A DNA stretch of 63,486 nt, filler included, from Globobulimina sp. (Eukaryota), in the NCBI GenBank assembly GCA_003354225.1. It is 22 parts of 22 records of this genome, joined end to end, with 100 filler letters (N's around TTAATTAATTAA, not from the genome) between each part and the next. Parts side by side here need not be neighbours in the genome. Positions count along the whole stretch, not along the records: positions 11,570 to 14,360 come from PIVH01004867.1; positions 14,461 to 17,251 come from PIVH01004868.1; positions 17,352 to 20,142 come from PIVH01004869.1; positions 20,243 to 23,033 come from PIVH01004870.1; positions 23,134 to 25,924 come from PIVH01004871.1; 17 more parts are not named here. One strand, given 5' to 3'. Both the position numbers and the translations under genes were made by a program. Shown here piece by piece: positions 12,288-24,253 of the stretch. The notes under the pieces were generated by a model. It made no database searches and was not told the DNA's origin. It worked only from the letters and a program-made list of their open reading frames with translations. Positions within the stretch are counted from its first letter, which is position 1, and every line of letters begins with the position of its first letter.

Positions 12288-14360
12288 ATGTCAAATAGCT
12301 TAATGAAGTATTATTCAATGGACCTGAGAGATTTAAGAAAGCTCTGTATGAACAAAAGCTTAACCGGAATCACCCGAAGCTCTAATCGCCAGCAATGCAT
12401 AAACTCCTTAACTTCCAACAAGAAACCAAAACCAACAAAGAAAAGTCGTTCGATCTCAAGTTTAGTTATTGTTTCCTTTTATTCTCACATTACAAAACAA
12501 CACAGGACATATTATCTCAGAAAACAGCCACAAACCATCACCATCTCATTCCCACTCCGGTGACCTAAATCCCATCCGAAACAAAAACAGAAATTCAAAC
12601 AATCCACGATCAAGAAAACGTTCCAGGAGAGATTTAGAAAAAGATGAGCATCAATCATCAGACACTGAATGCCGTACAAAAAAACGACGCAAAACTAATC
12701 ATCCATCCACTATGAGTTAAATAGTATATTAACACACCAACAAATAATAAACAATTAAATAATAAACAAATAACTCAAAACTGTTACAGCCACTCCTGAA
12801 CGAACCCCAAGCACTAAACATCCGTATACGTCAGACAACGCACTACGAAACCCACGAATACCACAATCCACGCAAGCTGCATTAAATAAGTTGAATTACC
12901 GCGCGCCGGCTTTGCTAGATTTATTAAGTGATGATTCCTCCACCGACGAAGACATAGACATCACCGACAAACACAATGACGATACGAGTTCCCATCGACT
13001 ATCCATTGTGAAGGCGTCCTCACCGGACAGTGAGTTGGATGATGAGAATGGAAATGAACTTGAAAGTGAATCAGAAGAAGATACAAAACCCACACAAACT
13101 AGTAAAATAGTAAAAATACCCAAATATTTCAACAAACTCAATCATAGACATAGCAATGATGTGGATTTCGATGATGAGTCATCATCTAAATCTCAGTCTG
13201 AGTCTCACTCTGAATCTGAGGATGAAGCCTCGCCGATTTATCATAGATCACCATCTAAATCACAATCACACTCAAATGCAAATACAAGGAAGAGTACAAG
13301 CGATATGATAGCGAGTATAGCCAAACCACAATATCATGAGCACATCCATAAGAATAAGAATGTAAATGTTACACCCAATGTTCCCATGGGCACAGGCAAT
13401 AAATATAAAACCTATGCACAGTCAAATAACACCAGTCCGATTGAGGCATTTTCTATATCGCATCCACCAATGTTGCCTACACAAAACATAATAAATGAGA
13501 TTGATAATCACTTAAATTTTCAGGATGATGTTAATAGATTAACTGCATCGCACTCACACTCACACTCTCAATCACAATCGCGGTCCACTTCGCAATCACA
13601 GTCGCGGTCCGCTTCACAATCACCGTTTATTGACACCGTTAAACATATAACATATTATATGTTGTATATACCGTTGAAGATATACGCAATGATTTGCTTT
13701 ATATGCCGACATTTCATCGCCAGTGTTATTATCATTGTCATGGTGGCGTTGTTATATTCGCCCAGCATAAAAATAATAAAATCCATAGAGGTTAAGGATA
13801 TTTTGCAAAGTTTAAACCTCATTCCAACCATCAAATATTGCGATACTTTATCCGATTCATGGAACGGAATGGATTGTAAAGCCTGTCCAGAAAATGCAAA
13901 ATGTGTCCATGGAGAGGTATATTGTACGGGGGACAAACGCTTCATTCGTGGCGAATGTATTTATGACGAACAAGAAATCGCAAAATTAGAAAAACAAATG
14001 CAAAGTTCCACCATTTCATTGTTATTTAATCGTTGCGGCGAGTTCGAGTGTCAAAAATATAAAATGTATAATTATTTGAATGCAAATGATGGAGTTATTG
14101 AGAAGGGACTGTGCGATGATGAGTTATCCAATGAATTGGCCAAAGTGCTACAATTAGATTCAAAATCGCATCTTTTTAGCCAGGTTTTTGAGAAATTTAC
14201 CAAAAATGTGAAAAATATATCTATATATTTGGCAGATATTGATTACGATACAGAGAAAAAGTGTTATTATTCGCGCAAATCGTATAAATCGTGGAAGTGT
14301 TATTTGAGCATCTTTTTGACGGATAACTGTGTGATATTAGTACCGCTCTTTGTGGTTTGC
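12288..14360 (+). CDS. Man1/Src1 (Heh)-like inner nuclear membrane protein, three exons, 3' truncated
   Basis: N-terminal HeH/SAP-like helix pair (DLRDLRKLC...RQQCINSL), basic NLS-like tracts, Ser-rich linker, TM, then KYCDT...CKACPENAKC..GEVYC...F...C typical of the MSC lumenal domain, and a second TM. Introns 12460-12505 and 12716-12789 are in frame. Confidence 0.75.
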
Positions 14361-14554
14361 NNNNNNNNNNNNNNNNNNNNNNNNNNNNNNNNNNNNNNNN
14401 NNNNTTAATTAATTAANNNNNNNNNNNNNNNNNNNNNNNNNNNNNNNNNNNNNNNNNNNNCGTACTCTTTACCAACAAGGCAACAGGAATTCATTTTTCC
14501 AACTGCAAATTCAAATAAATTAATATTACCTCAGTTTCGGAAAAATGTTGATTT

Positions 14555-14920
14555 ATGAAATTGTACAAGAGTCGAATGATAAAAAATAAAAATAGAAATA
14601 AAAATAATACTGAGATTGATGATGATGATATTGAAAATAAAAGTATGGATCTTGAGTCATCAATTGAAATGGAAGTTAGTGAAGAAAAAAATGAAGTACA
14701 AAATGAAGAACCAAATGAAGATTTAGAAACAGAATTAATGCGAAGATATCCTGATGTAATGAATTTTATGGCTAGATATCAAGTTAGAGAAAATGGTATT
14801 AGAGAAACTGATGAATGCATTATATTCGACTTTGATAAAAGTTGTAAAGGTAAATTCTGTAAAAATATAAATGATGCACATACAAGCAGTAACTCTTTCA
14901 ATCACTGTGTGTATCTATAA
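14555..14920 (+). CDS. Short hypothetical ORF or gene fragment
   Basis: 121-aa acidic ORF ending in FCKNINDAHTSSN; no clean continuation upstream or downstream. Confidence 0.3.
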   Translation: MKLYKSRMIKNKNRNKNNTEIDDDDIENKSMDLESSIEMEVSEEKNEVQNEEPNEDLETELMRRYPDVMNFMARYQVRENGIRETDECIIFDFDKSCKGKFCKNINDAHTSSNSFNHCVYL

Positions 14921-15466
14921 TCATCAATGAGACCAGGGATGAAAGCATAAGCGTCTCTTGCGCTGACATCTCCCACCAAACGGATTGACGATCACAGAAT
15001 AAAATAAAAGTAACGAAAGGATTGATAGAAATAAAATGTACTAAAAATAAAGTTGAAGTAAGTTGAAAACCTTCAACAACACCAAATAAATCACAGATAT
15101 ATAAAAATCACACAAAAGCAAAAATAAAAATAATTCCGATATAACAGTCACCAGAAACGGTTTGCTTATACCTTACCCCAATAAAAATCTGACGCTGAAG
15201 ACCAAGACCGGATGCTCTTATCGGTATAATGCATTTCTTTCAATCTCTCTTGTTTCAGAGTCTAAAGCAACACAAAGATTTATTTGAATATACATTAAAG
15301 AAATAATAACAAACAAAATCTGTCAAAAGAACTACGAAAAAAGAACAAAGATAAAAGAAAAAAAGTAAAATATACGAAAAATAACAAAACAAGTTCATCC
15401 ACGTCGAACATACAAAAGAATTAAAAAAACATAATAAAACAATTTGACATAATATGTACTAACAAA

Positions 15467-17251
15467 TCAATTTGCATTTGTTGAAATAAATTGAGTCAAA
15501 ATATTATACCAAAAATGAACTTCTTTTTCCTGTTCACATTTTATTTTATACTTTTTGCCATTTTTAACAAAAATCGACAAATTTTTCTTTTCCGTAATTT
15601 CATAATTTTTAATTTCAACCGCATTTATTTTTGTCACTAAATTATTATTTGATTGGTCGCATTTAAATATTAAATACTTATCGTCGAATAAAATCTGAGT
15701 TTTATGTCCTTTGTTACTTCCAAATAACTGCACTTTCGAAGCTCTTCTCGGAAATTTCACAGTCCATAATTTCTCAAAATATGCTTGCATATCATACTCA
15801 TCATCACCTTCCTCATTGTCATTATTTGTAGCCATCGACTGCTGATTATGCCGGATTTGTGGCTTGAACCTATTTTCCTGATATTGATCTTCCTCGTTCT
15901 CGTCAAAAGACATCTGATTTATAAACAATTTCTGTTTCTTTTGCTGATACTTGTTTTGTGACTGATTGCCGTCCACATAGTCATAGCTCACTCTCTTTTG
16001 CCGGATGTTATATCCATTATTTTTATTTTTACTCAATATCTGCTGCTGTTCGTCCACAGATAATAGTTTGCCTTGTTTTTGTTTTTGTTGCTTTTGTTCT
16101 TTGAGCACCAATGGCTGCATATTATGCATCATCTGTTCACTCCGTTGCTGATGATGCGTGTTATACGAACGTGATCGCGTACTTTGCGCCTCATTGACAC
16201 CGACTGTGTTATCCCCAAAATCAAATCGTTGGTTATTATTGTTAGTAATTGGAGTGATTTGACGCGATGAGTTGTAGCTCGATTTGCGAATATTATTGTT
16301 TACATTATTAGGATTAATAGTATTTTTAGCGTCATTCCTGCTTTTTTTATCACTGAATCGCGTGGATTTTGTACTGTGATAACGATCATATTCCTCATCG
16401 TGCATATCATCACCGCTATAATTCATCACCACGCCACGCGATGCATTATATAATCCATTGTCCATTCCGTCAGTCTTCGACTTGCGCTGTTTGGCATTAT
16501 TTGAGCCACCAAACATATTCGCACTTTCCCGCGAATATTTGTTTAAGGAATAACCATCGCTTCGTTTACGCCGATTCTTCTCAATAATTTCATGCAATAT
16601 TTGAATCGCTCTCATATTACACTTTCGTATCGTATCTGTATAACCGCAACCAATCAAAAAAAAAATATTTTTTATATAAACTACAACCAATCAAAAAAAA
16701 TCATTTTTGTATAACATACCCAAGTGATTATGTGCGGCAGAAGTACTATAATGTCTGCTATGCGCGCCTCTCATCATATTATTTTGTTCAGATTGAATTT
16801 GATGCAAAGCGTCCACCTGACTGCCAATGGTATTATTTTGCTGCAGCACTCGTTGCACTTTCTGCTGTAAGTTATTTGTAATTTGCCTCTTAATCTTAAA
16901 CTCCTCGCTCAAATCTTGTTTTTTTAACTCTGCAGATTTCAATGTATCGTCGGCAGTTTGCAATGCTTTTTTTAAGGCATCGTTCGTTTGCGTCAACTTC
17001 CTGACTTGGTCCCTGTACATGGATATATTTTGTGTATCCGACCGACTTTTTGCATTATTTTCGTGTTTAATGTCAGATAACTCACTCTCTAACAATTGGA
17101 TCTCGCGCTTTCTATTACGATCTTTGGCTTTGTATTCTAGCAATTTGCTATCTTTTTTCTTCAAATCAGATTGTAATCTCAATATTTGATCATTTAACAG
17201 TGTCACTTTGCGATCGTAAATCGCATCAATTAATTCCTGCGCTTTTAGGCC
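15467..17251 (-). CDS. Coiled-coil / Asn-Gln-rich protein with a C-terminal PH-like domain (5' truncated)
   Basis: Heptad-rich first exon; intron 16636-16719 in frame; C-terminal LSIFVKNGKKYKIKCEQEKEVHFWYNIL fits the last PH strands and Trp helix. Confidence 0.75.
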
Positions 17252-17351
17252 NNNNNNNNNNNNNNNNNNNNNNNNNNNNNNNNNNNNNNNNNNNNTTAAT
17301 TAATTAANNNNNNNNNNNNNNNNNNNNNNNNNNNNNNNNNNNNNNNNNNNN

Positions 17352-18840
17352 AAACTCTGCATGAAATTGCAATATCTGCGGCAACGAAGATCTAATCTGT
17401 GCATAATACTTCTTATCCACATAACCATTATCGAACATAGGTTGTATCAAACCATTCAGCAACGTATCCAAACCTTGATAGTACCTCTCCTCTGTGCTGA
17501 TAATTTCTTGTTCAATAAACCCCCGCTTTATCGCTCTCTCCTTCTTCTCCAAATCCCTCAATTCACAGTGCACAGTTTTAAAATCATCAGAGTCCATCGA
17601 ATCAGCTTGCGAGTCAGTACTCGATTGATCATAAACTCCAGGATTCACAATCAATGACTGCGACATGCCGAGTTTGTCAACAATATTAATATTATTATTC
17701 AATTCCGCTGCCATAACCAGATCAAAATTTGCATTCACTTCTTCATCCAACTTCTCCTTTAACTTTGGTCAATATATAAAACAAAAAAAACTGTTAAAAA
17801 CAAAAGGTTGAATGAAAAAAAACCTCATTTATATCATTTGGATTAATCACTGTTGTCATGGCAGCAATAACCGCATCTTCCTCATAACCAAATATTTTTA
17901 ATTGCGCAATAATATCAAAGTTTGTCATATCAGCATCATACAGCACACAGTCACTGCGTGGTCGAGGACTGATCGTCAACGGTCCGATATCACGCAACAT
18001 TTCGTCGATATTTGCAAAATCCGCATCATTAAATTGCTCCTTCTCCTCCAGCAAAGTGGTCAAATCCAAAGAATCGTCACAGTCCATGTCCACGTTCAGT
18101 TGCATAGTATCAACGGTTAAAGAGCCAATTCTGAAATTGTCAAAACTGGCGCAGGTGATTGAAAAGTTCGTCTTTCTCCGCGAAATAGATCTCTTTCTGC
18201 AGACTTTTTTTTTCATTGCAAACAAACCAAACTCAGTCTCACTTTCTTCACTTTCAGAGTCGTGCATTTGGCGCATATTTTCACTGCACATTTCACTCTC
18301 AAAAGTGGCAAATATGTCCTCATTCTCATTCCCACCGTAATATTTATGTATGTTTGCCACCGAGGATTGTCGCAAAGTTTTGCCTGAAACGATACTGTTT
18401 CGTATCTGATAGACCCAGTCATCTCTGTCAACTTCGGTGTATGCTTTGAATGTGCGCGAATTTAGAATGGTTTCGCCAATCAAATAGAACTTTACTTTGA
18501 CTTTGTTATGTTTGTCCAATCGATATCGATGGAATGATAAATCGAATGTTTCTGTGGGGGATTTGTCCGTTTCTCTGAATTTATCGCTCTTGTAACATAG
18601 TAATTTGTCACCTTTTAATTGCATGAAGCGTCGGTGATATTGTTTTAAACGTTTGGATTTTTGTAAGATCCATCCTTGTTTTAGTATATGTTCGTGTTGA
18701 GGAGCTGCGCCGAGAAGGCTGACTACTTTTGGAATGGGACTGGATGTGACTGTGGGTGTTGAGGAGTGTCTTGTTTTAATTAGTGATTGTTTGTTACTTT
18801 GTATATTGACTATATTGTGGGGTGGGAAGTATTTTGCCAT
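17352..18840 (-). CDS. PH + UBA-like + RhoGEF (DH) protein, 3' truncated
   Basis: ILKQGWILQKS...RRFMQLKGDKLLCYK...DRDDWVYQI (PH); IAQLKIFGYEEDAVIAAM (UBA-like); after intron 17763-17823, RGFIEQEIISTEERYYQGL...LPQILQFHAEF (DH start). Confidence 0.85.
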
Positions 18841-18906
18841 GATAGGTGTTTCAGAGTTAAACAGTTAGTTAAGCTGTTTTTTCATCTAAATTTCCACAAA
18901 AATACA

Positions 18907-19338
18907 ATGGATAATTACAAAGAAAATGTGCCTGTATCGTACAGAGGAAGCGAACAAGATAAAAACGCTCGTTTTGCCTGGGCAATAGGCTCAACATTAG
19001 AGGTATATTCGCGATCAGAAGGACGATGGTTTAATGGCGCAATAATAGGTCGTTTTTTTGATGTTGAAGGCGAATGGTTACGCATCGTATATGGCAAAAA
19101 AACAAAATCAGTGCAACGATTTAATACATATATAAAACCATCATTATCTACAAATATTATAATTAATTATAAAAAATCTAAAAAACATATAAATCCAAAA
19201 GAATCGTTGTCATTTGATGGTAAACCAAACAATTTTTTCATTTCATCAATAATGTCATCGATATCATTTCATTATCGATTAAATCAACAACAAACAAATT
19301 TAATTCAAAAATTAAATAAACGATATGCCTTCCGATAG
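18907..19338 (+). CDS. Small protein with a Tudor/Agenet-like SH3-fold domain
   Basis: WAIGSTLEVYSRSEGRWFNGAI...GEWLRIVYG...VQRFNTYIKP fits a five-strand Tudor-like barrel; ATG at 18907. Confidence 0.6.
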   Translation: MDNYKENVPVSYRGSEQDKNARFAWAIGSTLEVYSRSEGRWFNGAIIGRFFDVEGEWLRIVYGKKTKSVQRFNTYIKPSLSTNIIINYKKSKKHINPKESLSFDGKPNNFFISSIMSSISFHYRLNQQQTNLIQKLNKRYAFR

Positions 19339-19780
19339 ATATGAATATCGCGTATATATTCTAAATTAATTATAGTCTTCTTTTTTTATGTTCGGATCAT
19401 TTGTGTTTATGTATGAATCATCCACATTTTTTGTGCACCGATATAAGAAATATACATTTGTACAATCAATGTGTTGTTAGGTTCATTTGTGTTTGCGTTT
19501 TGATTTAATTTTTCAATTTAACTATCATTTTAATTATTTTCTTCGCAACAAAATATTTTATCAACACAAAAATTACATTCTATGAACAATGACTTTTAAT
19601 TTTAAAGCACATTTGACAAATCATCAAACCCCTTAAAGTGCAATAAAAAAACTTTTTCTAACAACTAGCAAGATTCCGGATCCTTGTTGACAGACTGAAA
19701 AATATTCAACATATACTGTATAATTAAATATTAGTAAAACAACGTAGTGAATTCAGCTCTAGCGTAGCCGGCTGTATTTA

Positions 19781-20142
19781 ATGACGTCTGTATTCAATGT
19801 GACTATGTCAGGAATAATGACATCTATACTCATATTTCTGTTCTTTTCAAGCGCCATATCAACCATCAAAGGACTTATTCATAAACGGATTAATGTTAAT
19901 GTTGTTATAGCCGCGAGTATGTTTACATTAATGTTTTTTATGTTATCTGGATTATTATTTTTTTATTATTCCGTCACTAATTTATATGGTTCGCCATCAT
20001 TGATTTCTAAAACAGCAGGCGGTGGATCTTGGATATTAGCTCAAGTATCGATGACATTTGCATTCATATCCCGCATATCTTTCATATTAAAAGGAACAGT
20101 GCTTGCAATTCCGACAAGTACCAAAAAAACATTATATTATTC
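19781..20142 (+). CDS. N-terminal part of a multi-pass (7TM-like) membrane protein, 3' truncated
   Basis: Three hydrophobic helices, then FISRISFILKGTVLAI, which resembles LLERLFIIFAKSEFKF of the protein at 54920-56016. Confidence 0.55.
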
Positions 20143-20242
20143 NNNNNNNNNNNNNNNNNNNNNNNNNNNNNNNNNNNNNNNNNNNNTTAATTAATTAANN
20201 NNNNNNNNNNNNNNNNNNNNNNNNNNNNNNNNNNNNNNNNNN

Positions 20243-21670
20243 ATAATTAACGAACCGACCGCCGCTGCCATTGCCTATGGTTTAGACAAAAAGAAGCAAG
20301 GCGACGACATGGAGGAACGCAATGTCTTAGTTTTCGATCTCGGCGGCGGGACCTTTGACGTCTCCATCTTAACCATCTGCGCTGAAGATGGTATATTTGA
20401 AGTCAAATCAACGTCAGGTAACACGCATTTAGGTGGCGAAGATTTCGATAATATCTTAGTCGACCACTTCCTTAAGGAATTCCGCCGTAAACATCGCGGC
20501 AAAGACGCCAGCAAATCCGCGCGATCTATGCGCAGATTACGTACTCAGTGCGAACGCGCCAAACGAACCTTGTCCGCTGCGGCCAGGGCCAACATCGAAG
20601 TGGATTCGTTTTTCGATGGCATCGATTTTGCGTCGTCGATCACCAGAGCGCGCTTTGAAGATTTGTGTATGCATTATTTCCGGCAATGTTTGGAGCCGGT
20701 CACCATTGCTTTGCAGGACGCGAAGATGAGCAAAAGCGACATAGACGATGTGGTATTAGTGGGTGGTTCGACGCGTATACCCAAAGTGCAGCAGTTATTG
20801 AGCCAGTATTTCCACGGTAAGACCCTGTGCAAATCCATCAATCCGGACGAGGCAGTGGCTTATGGCGCAGCTATCCAAGCAGCCGTACTGACTGGTGAGG
20901 ATATGGGCGATTTGGATGTGTTGGTGACCGATGTGACGCCGTTGTCGTTGGGTATTGAGACTGCGGGCGGTATTATGACCAAATTAATCCCACGCGGAAC
21001 GACTGTGCCGTGTAAGAAGTCTGAGGTATTCACGACGTATAAGGAGAACCAGCCCGGTGTCTTGATCCAGATATTCGAAGGCGAGCGGCAATTGACCAAA
21101 GATAATAACTTGTTGGGCAAGTTTGAGTTAATGGGCATAGCTCCGGCGCCAAGAGGCGTGCCTCAGATCAAAGTGACGTTCAATATGGATACAAATGGCA
21201 CGTTGTCGGTGGATGCGGAAGATACGAAAGATAGGTCCCGATCGCAGAGGATTACCATTGAAAATCGGGGCGGTACGAGGTTGAGCAAGGAAGAGTTGGA
21301 TGATATTGTCCGCGAGGCTGAGAAATTCAAAGCCTTTGATGACGAGAAACGAAAAACGATTCAAAGCAAAAACGATTTGGAGAATTATTCGTATCAGATT
21401 CGTAATACATTGGATGACTCGAAATTTAATTTTGATGATTGCGAGAAAGAGAAAGTAGGCGAGCTATGTAAGGAAGTTATTGAATGGATTGACAATAATC
21501 CGAATGCCGAAAGAGAAGAATATGAAGGAAAGAAGAAGGAATTGGAAGATATTTGGAAGCCGATTATTAGCAAAGTCTATGGCCAGCAACAAGCACCGCA
21601 ATCATCGACGGGACAACATAATGACGAAAATGCGGATCATTGTGGACCAAGAATTGACGAAGTCGATTAG
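20243..21670 (+). CDS. HSP70: Cytosolic-type Hsp70, 5' truncated
   Basis: [44 protein letters not shown] and [14 protein letters not shown]; ends GPRIDEVD. Confidence 0.98.
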   Translation: MINEPTAAAIAYGLDKKKQGDDMEERNVLVFDLGGGTFDVSILTICAEDGIFEVKSTSGNTHLGGEDFDNILVDHFLKEFRRKHRGKDASKSARSMRRLRTQCERAKRTLSAAARANIEVDSFFDGIDFASSITRARFEDLCMHYFRQCLEPVTIALQDAKMSKSDIDDVVLVGGSTRIPKVQQLLSQYFHGKTLCKSINPDEAVAYGAAIQAAVLTGEDMGDLDVLVTDVTPLSLGIETAGGIMTKLIPRGTTVPCKKSEVFTTYKENQPGVLIQIFEGERQLTKDNNLLGKFELMGIAPAPRGVPQIKVTFNMDTNGTLSVDAEDTKDRSRSQRITIENRGGTRLSKEELDDIVREAEKFKAFDDEKRKTIQSKNDLENYSYQIRNTLDDSKFNFDDCEKEKVGELCKEVIEWIDNNPNAEREEYEGKKKELEDIWKPIISKVYGQQQAPQSSTGQHNDENADHCGPRIDEVD

Positions 21671-22296
21671 GAATAAGCTTAGCACTATTTTTATTTTTTT
21701 ATTCTACATTTATGCCATTTCATCCGAGATGGTTGTTTTCTATATTTTTATCAAAATGAGAGAATATATTTTCTTATCTTCGTTATTATATGTTTGTATC
21801 TTTTGATCCATATTTTATGAATGAGTGAATAAATATATTTTCCTTTTTATTGGTATTAATTGTTATTTTTTCTTTTAATGTGAGTCAATACCACATTTAA
21901 TTTAAATTTAAATTCAAATTGAATTCATTTAAACTACAAACTAGGCAACGTCCATAAACCTAGAATTAATATGAATAAAATACGTACAATCAATCGCTAT
22001 ATTAATAAGTGAATAATTGATTATATAATTTAGGAAATATAACATTAAAACCATACAAAGACAAAAAAAAGTGCGAAAATGCGAAATAGAACTTGTCATT
22101 TTCTTGCAAGGATATGCGGTTATACTTGATGGGTCGCTTCATTTCTCAAAGGATACATAGCTCACTCAAACAAAAAGATATGAGCGACGTCTACACACTT
22201 AATTCGTTTCTGCCACATTAATTCTACAATACAAAATCAACACTATTGAAACAATTAACAATTACAAATACAATAAAATAAAATACAGCAATACAT

Positions 22297-22688
22297 CTAG
22301 GTCGCTGCACGTATTAAGAGATTTATTACTTCTTCCACTGTATCAACAGCATGGACCCGACCCGTATCACCAACTTCCTTTACAAAACAAATGGATAAAA
22401 CAGAAATTTCAAGAATATACTCAATATATATAATAATTAACGATAACATACGACGATGAATTTAGGATTCAAAATCCGAAATAGCAGCGTTACAGTTGCG
22501 CCAAACACAACTGTTTGAATTAATGCTTCCGCAGAATAACGAAGAGCTGCGGCTGCAGAGAAATTGGTTCCATTTTGAATTGAATCAATCGCTGCACAGA
22601 CTACACCACTCAATGCAAATCCGCCAAATAACCCAGCTGCAGCTGCTAAATAGTATCGTCTGTCCATCCTGAAGCTGATGGTTGTCAT
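22297..22688 (-). CDS. Small (~105 aa) two-TM hypothetical protein, two exons
   Basis: Intron 22378-22451 (GTATGT...TAAAG) extends the ORF to ...EVGDTGRVHAVDTVEEVINLLIRAAT*. Confidence 0.6.
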
Positions 22689-23133
22689 TATTGCGTTTTT
22701 AGCTGTTTGTTGTTGACAGAATTAGCTGAATAGAAAATGACTAATTTTTTGCTTTGAAAACTGAAAAACTTTACATTTTTAATAGTGCTATTAAATTTAG
22801 CTACAGAAGTTGCTAATTTGGCAACGCCTGTACATAAAAGCACAGATTGCCACTGAATATTTAGAAATCAATGGACTATCAATAGGGCTCTCCGATAAGT
22901 ACTGATTTTTTATAAAATGATTGAAAAAATCGATCACATTGCGTTGAGACTTGTTTTTTGTGAACATGAAAGTGGCATAATTAAAAGTTCTCAAATCGTT
23001 CGACTTGTTTCTCAAAAGTTCTCACATTTTATCNNNNNNNNNNNNNNNNNNNNNNNNNNNNNNNNNNNNNNNNNNNNTTAATTAATTAANNNNNNNNNNN
23101 NNNNNNNNNNNNNNNNNNNNNNNNNNNNNNNNN

Positions 23134-23225
23134 GCAGACTTATATAATTCAGATTGTTTTAGTTTCGTTGGAACATCATCAATAGATTTGAATGTCTTAG
23201 CTTTACTGTCTTTTGTTGTTGCCAT
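23134..23225 (-). CDS. 5' end of a hypothetical gene running off the contig
   Basis: MATTKDSKAKTFKSIDDVPTKLKQSELYKS is open to the contig edge, with a TGACAAAAAAACT motif just upstream. Confidence 0.4.
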
Positions 23226-23412
23226 TTCGTTTTAATAGAAACTGACAAAAAAACTGTGTACTGTAACATTTTCAGCAATTCATTTCTGTACAGACGCAAA
23301 GTTCTAAAAAAAAATTAAAGTCCTGGAATTCCTAAAAAACGACAATGATTATGGAAAGAAACTGAGCGACAATGATTTTGACAATTGGTATAAAATTAAA
23401 GCAAACAGGCAC

Positions 23413-24210
23413 TCACAAAACAATACATTGACAGCCGGATCCATTTTGGGTTTTTTCTTTATTCATTTGCTTATTTATCTCATTATTGTCCCTTTTTAGA
23501 GCGGTTTCATGAATTCTACCCACCAATGTTTCAAACGCTTCATATACATTATCACCCGTTTTCGCAGACGCTTGTAAAAAAGGACAATTCCACGAATGAG
23601 CCAAGCGTTTCCCAGTTTCATAGGTCACTTCATGTTCAACGGTGGGTAAATCCGCTTTATTTCCCAATAATATCATATCAATATATTCGCTGTCATCATC
23701 CTTATTTCTTAATATTTTCTTACGTAATTCTGAGCAATGTCGAAATGTACGCTCAGACTGAATGCTATAAGCTAAAACAAATGCTTCGGCCTCACGGATC
23801 CAGTGATCCTGCAATGCTGCAAACTGAGCCTGCCCCGCTGTATCTAAAATGTCTAACTGTTCATTCCTATTATTTACGTTAATCATGCACCTAAAAAATA
23901 CATTACATATCAATTTTTAAATAGATGTCGCAAATTCGCAATGGAGCACAGATTTCGTACGTGTAGCTATCTTCTATTGTGGGGTCATATTCCTTCCTCC
24001 ATTCGTTTGCTACCATTCTTATGGTAATGGCACTCTTACCGACACCTCCAGCACCTACAAAAGATAAAACAAATTGTTTCCTTGCATGGAGCCATTGACT
24101 GATATAATTTTACCTAGTATTACAATTTTATGCTGTATAGAAATTATATGTTTTGACACAAATGATTTTATGTGACTGGAGATCAACTAAACTGATTTGA
24201 TATTCGCCAT
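23413..24210 (-). CDS. Ras-family small GTPase, four exons, CAAX terminus
   Basis: Spliced protein MANIKSHKIVILGAGGVGKSAIT...YDPTIEDSY...DILDTAGQ...GNKADL...SAK...CQCIVL; introns 24133-24192, 24055-24113 and 23891-23960. Confidence 0.95.
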
Positions 24211-24253
24211 GATCAAAAAAATGAGCACTGGAAAAAACTTGTAGCAATCCAGC

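Noticed and set aside
21656-21670. Hsp70 ending in DEVD (caspase-3-like motif) instead of EEVD
   Set aside because: A conservative variant of the TPR-binding EEVD terminus; it is at the extreme C-terminus, so cleavage would be meaningless.
21668-21670. Genome-wide stop-codon reassignment (TAR = Gln)
   Set aside because: TAG, TAA and TGA each terminate conserved proteins at the expected position (Hsp70 TAG; ARPC5 and PDI-C TAA; actin-like and Ras TGA), and long ORFs use CAA/CAG freely.
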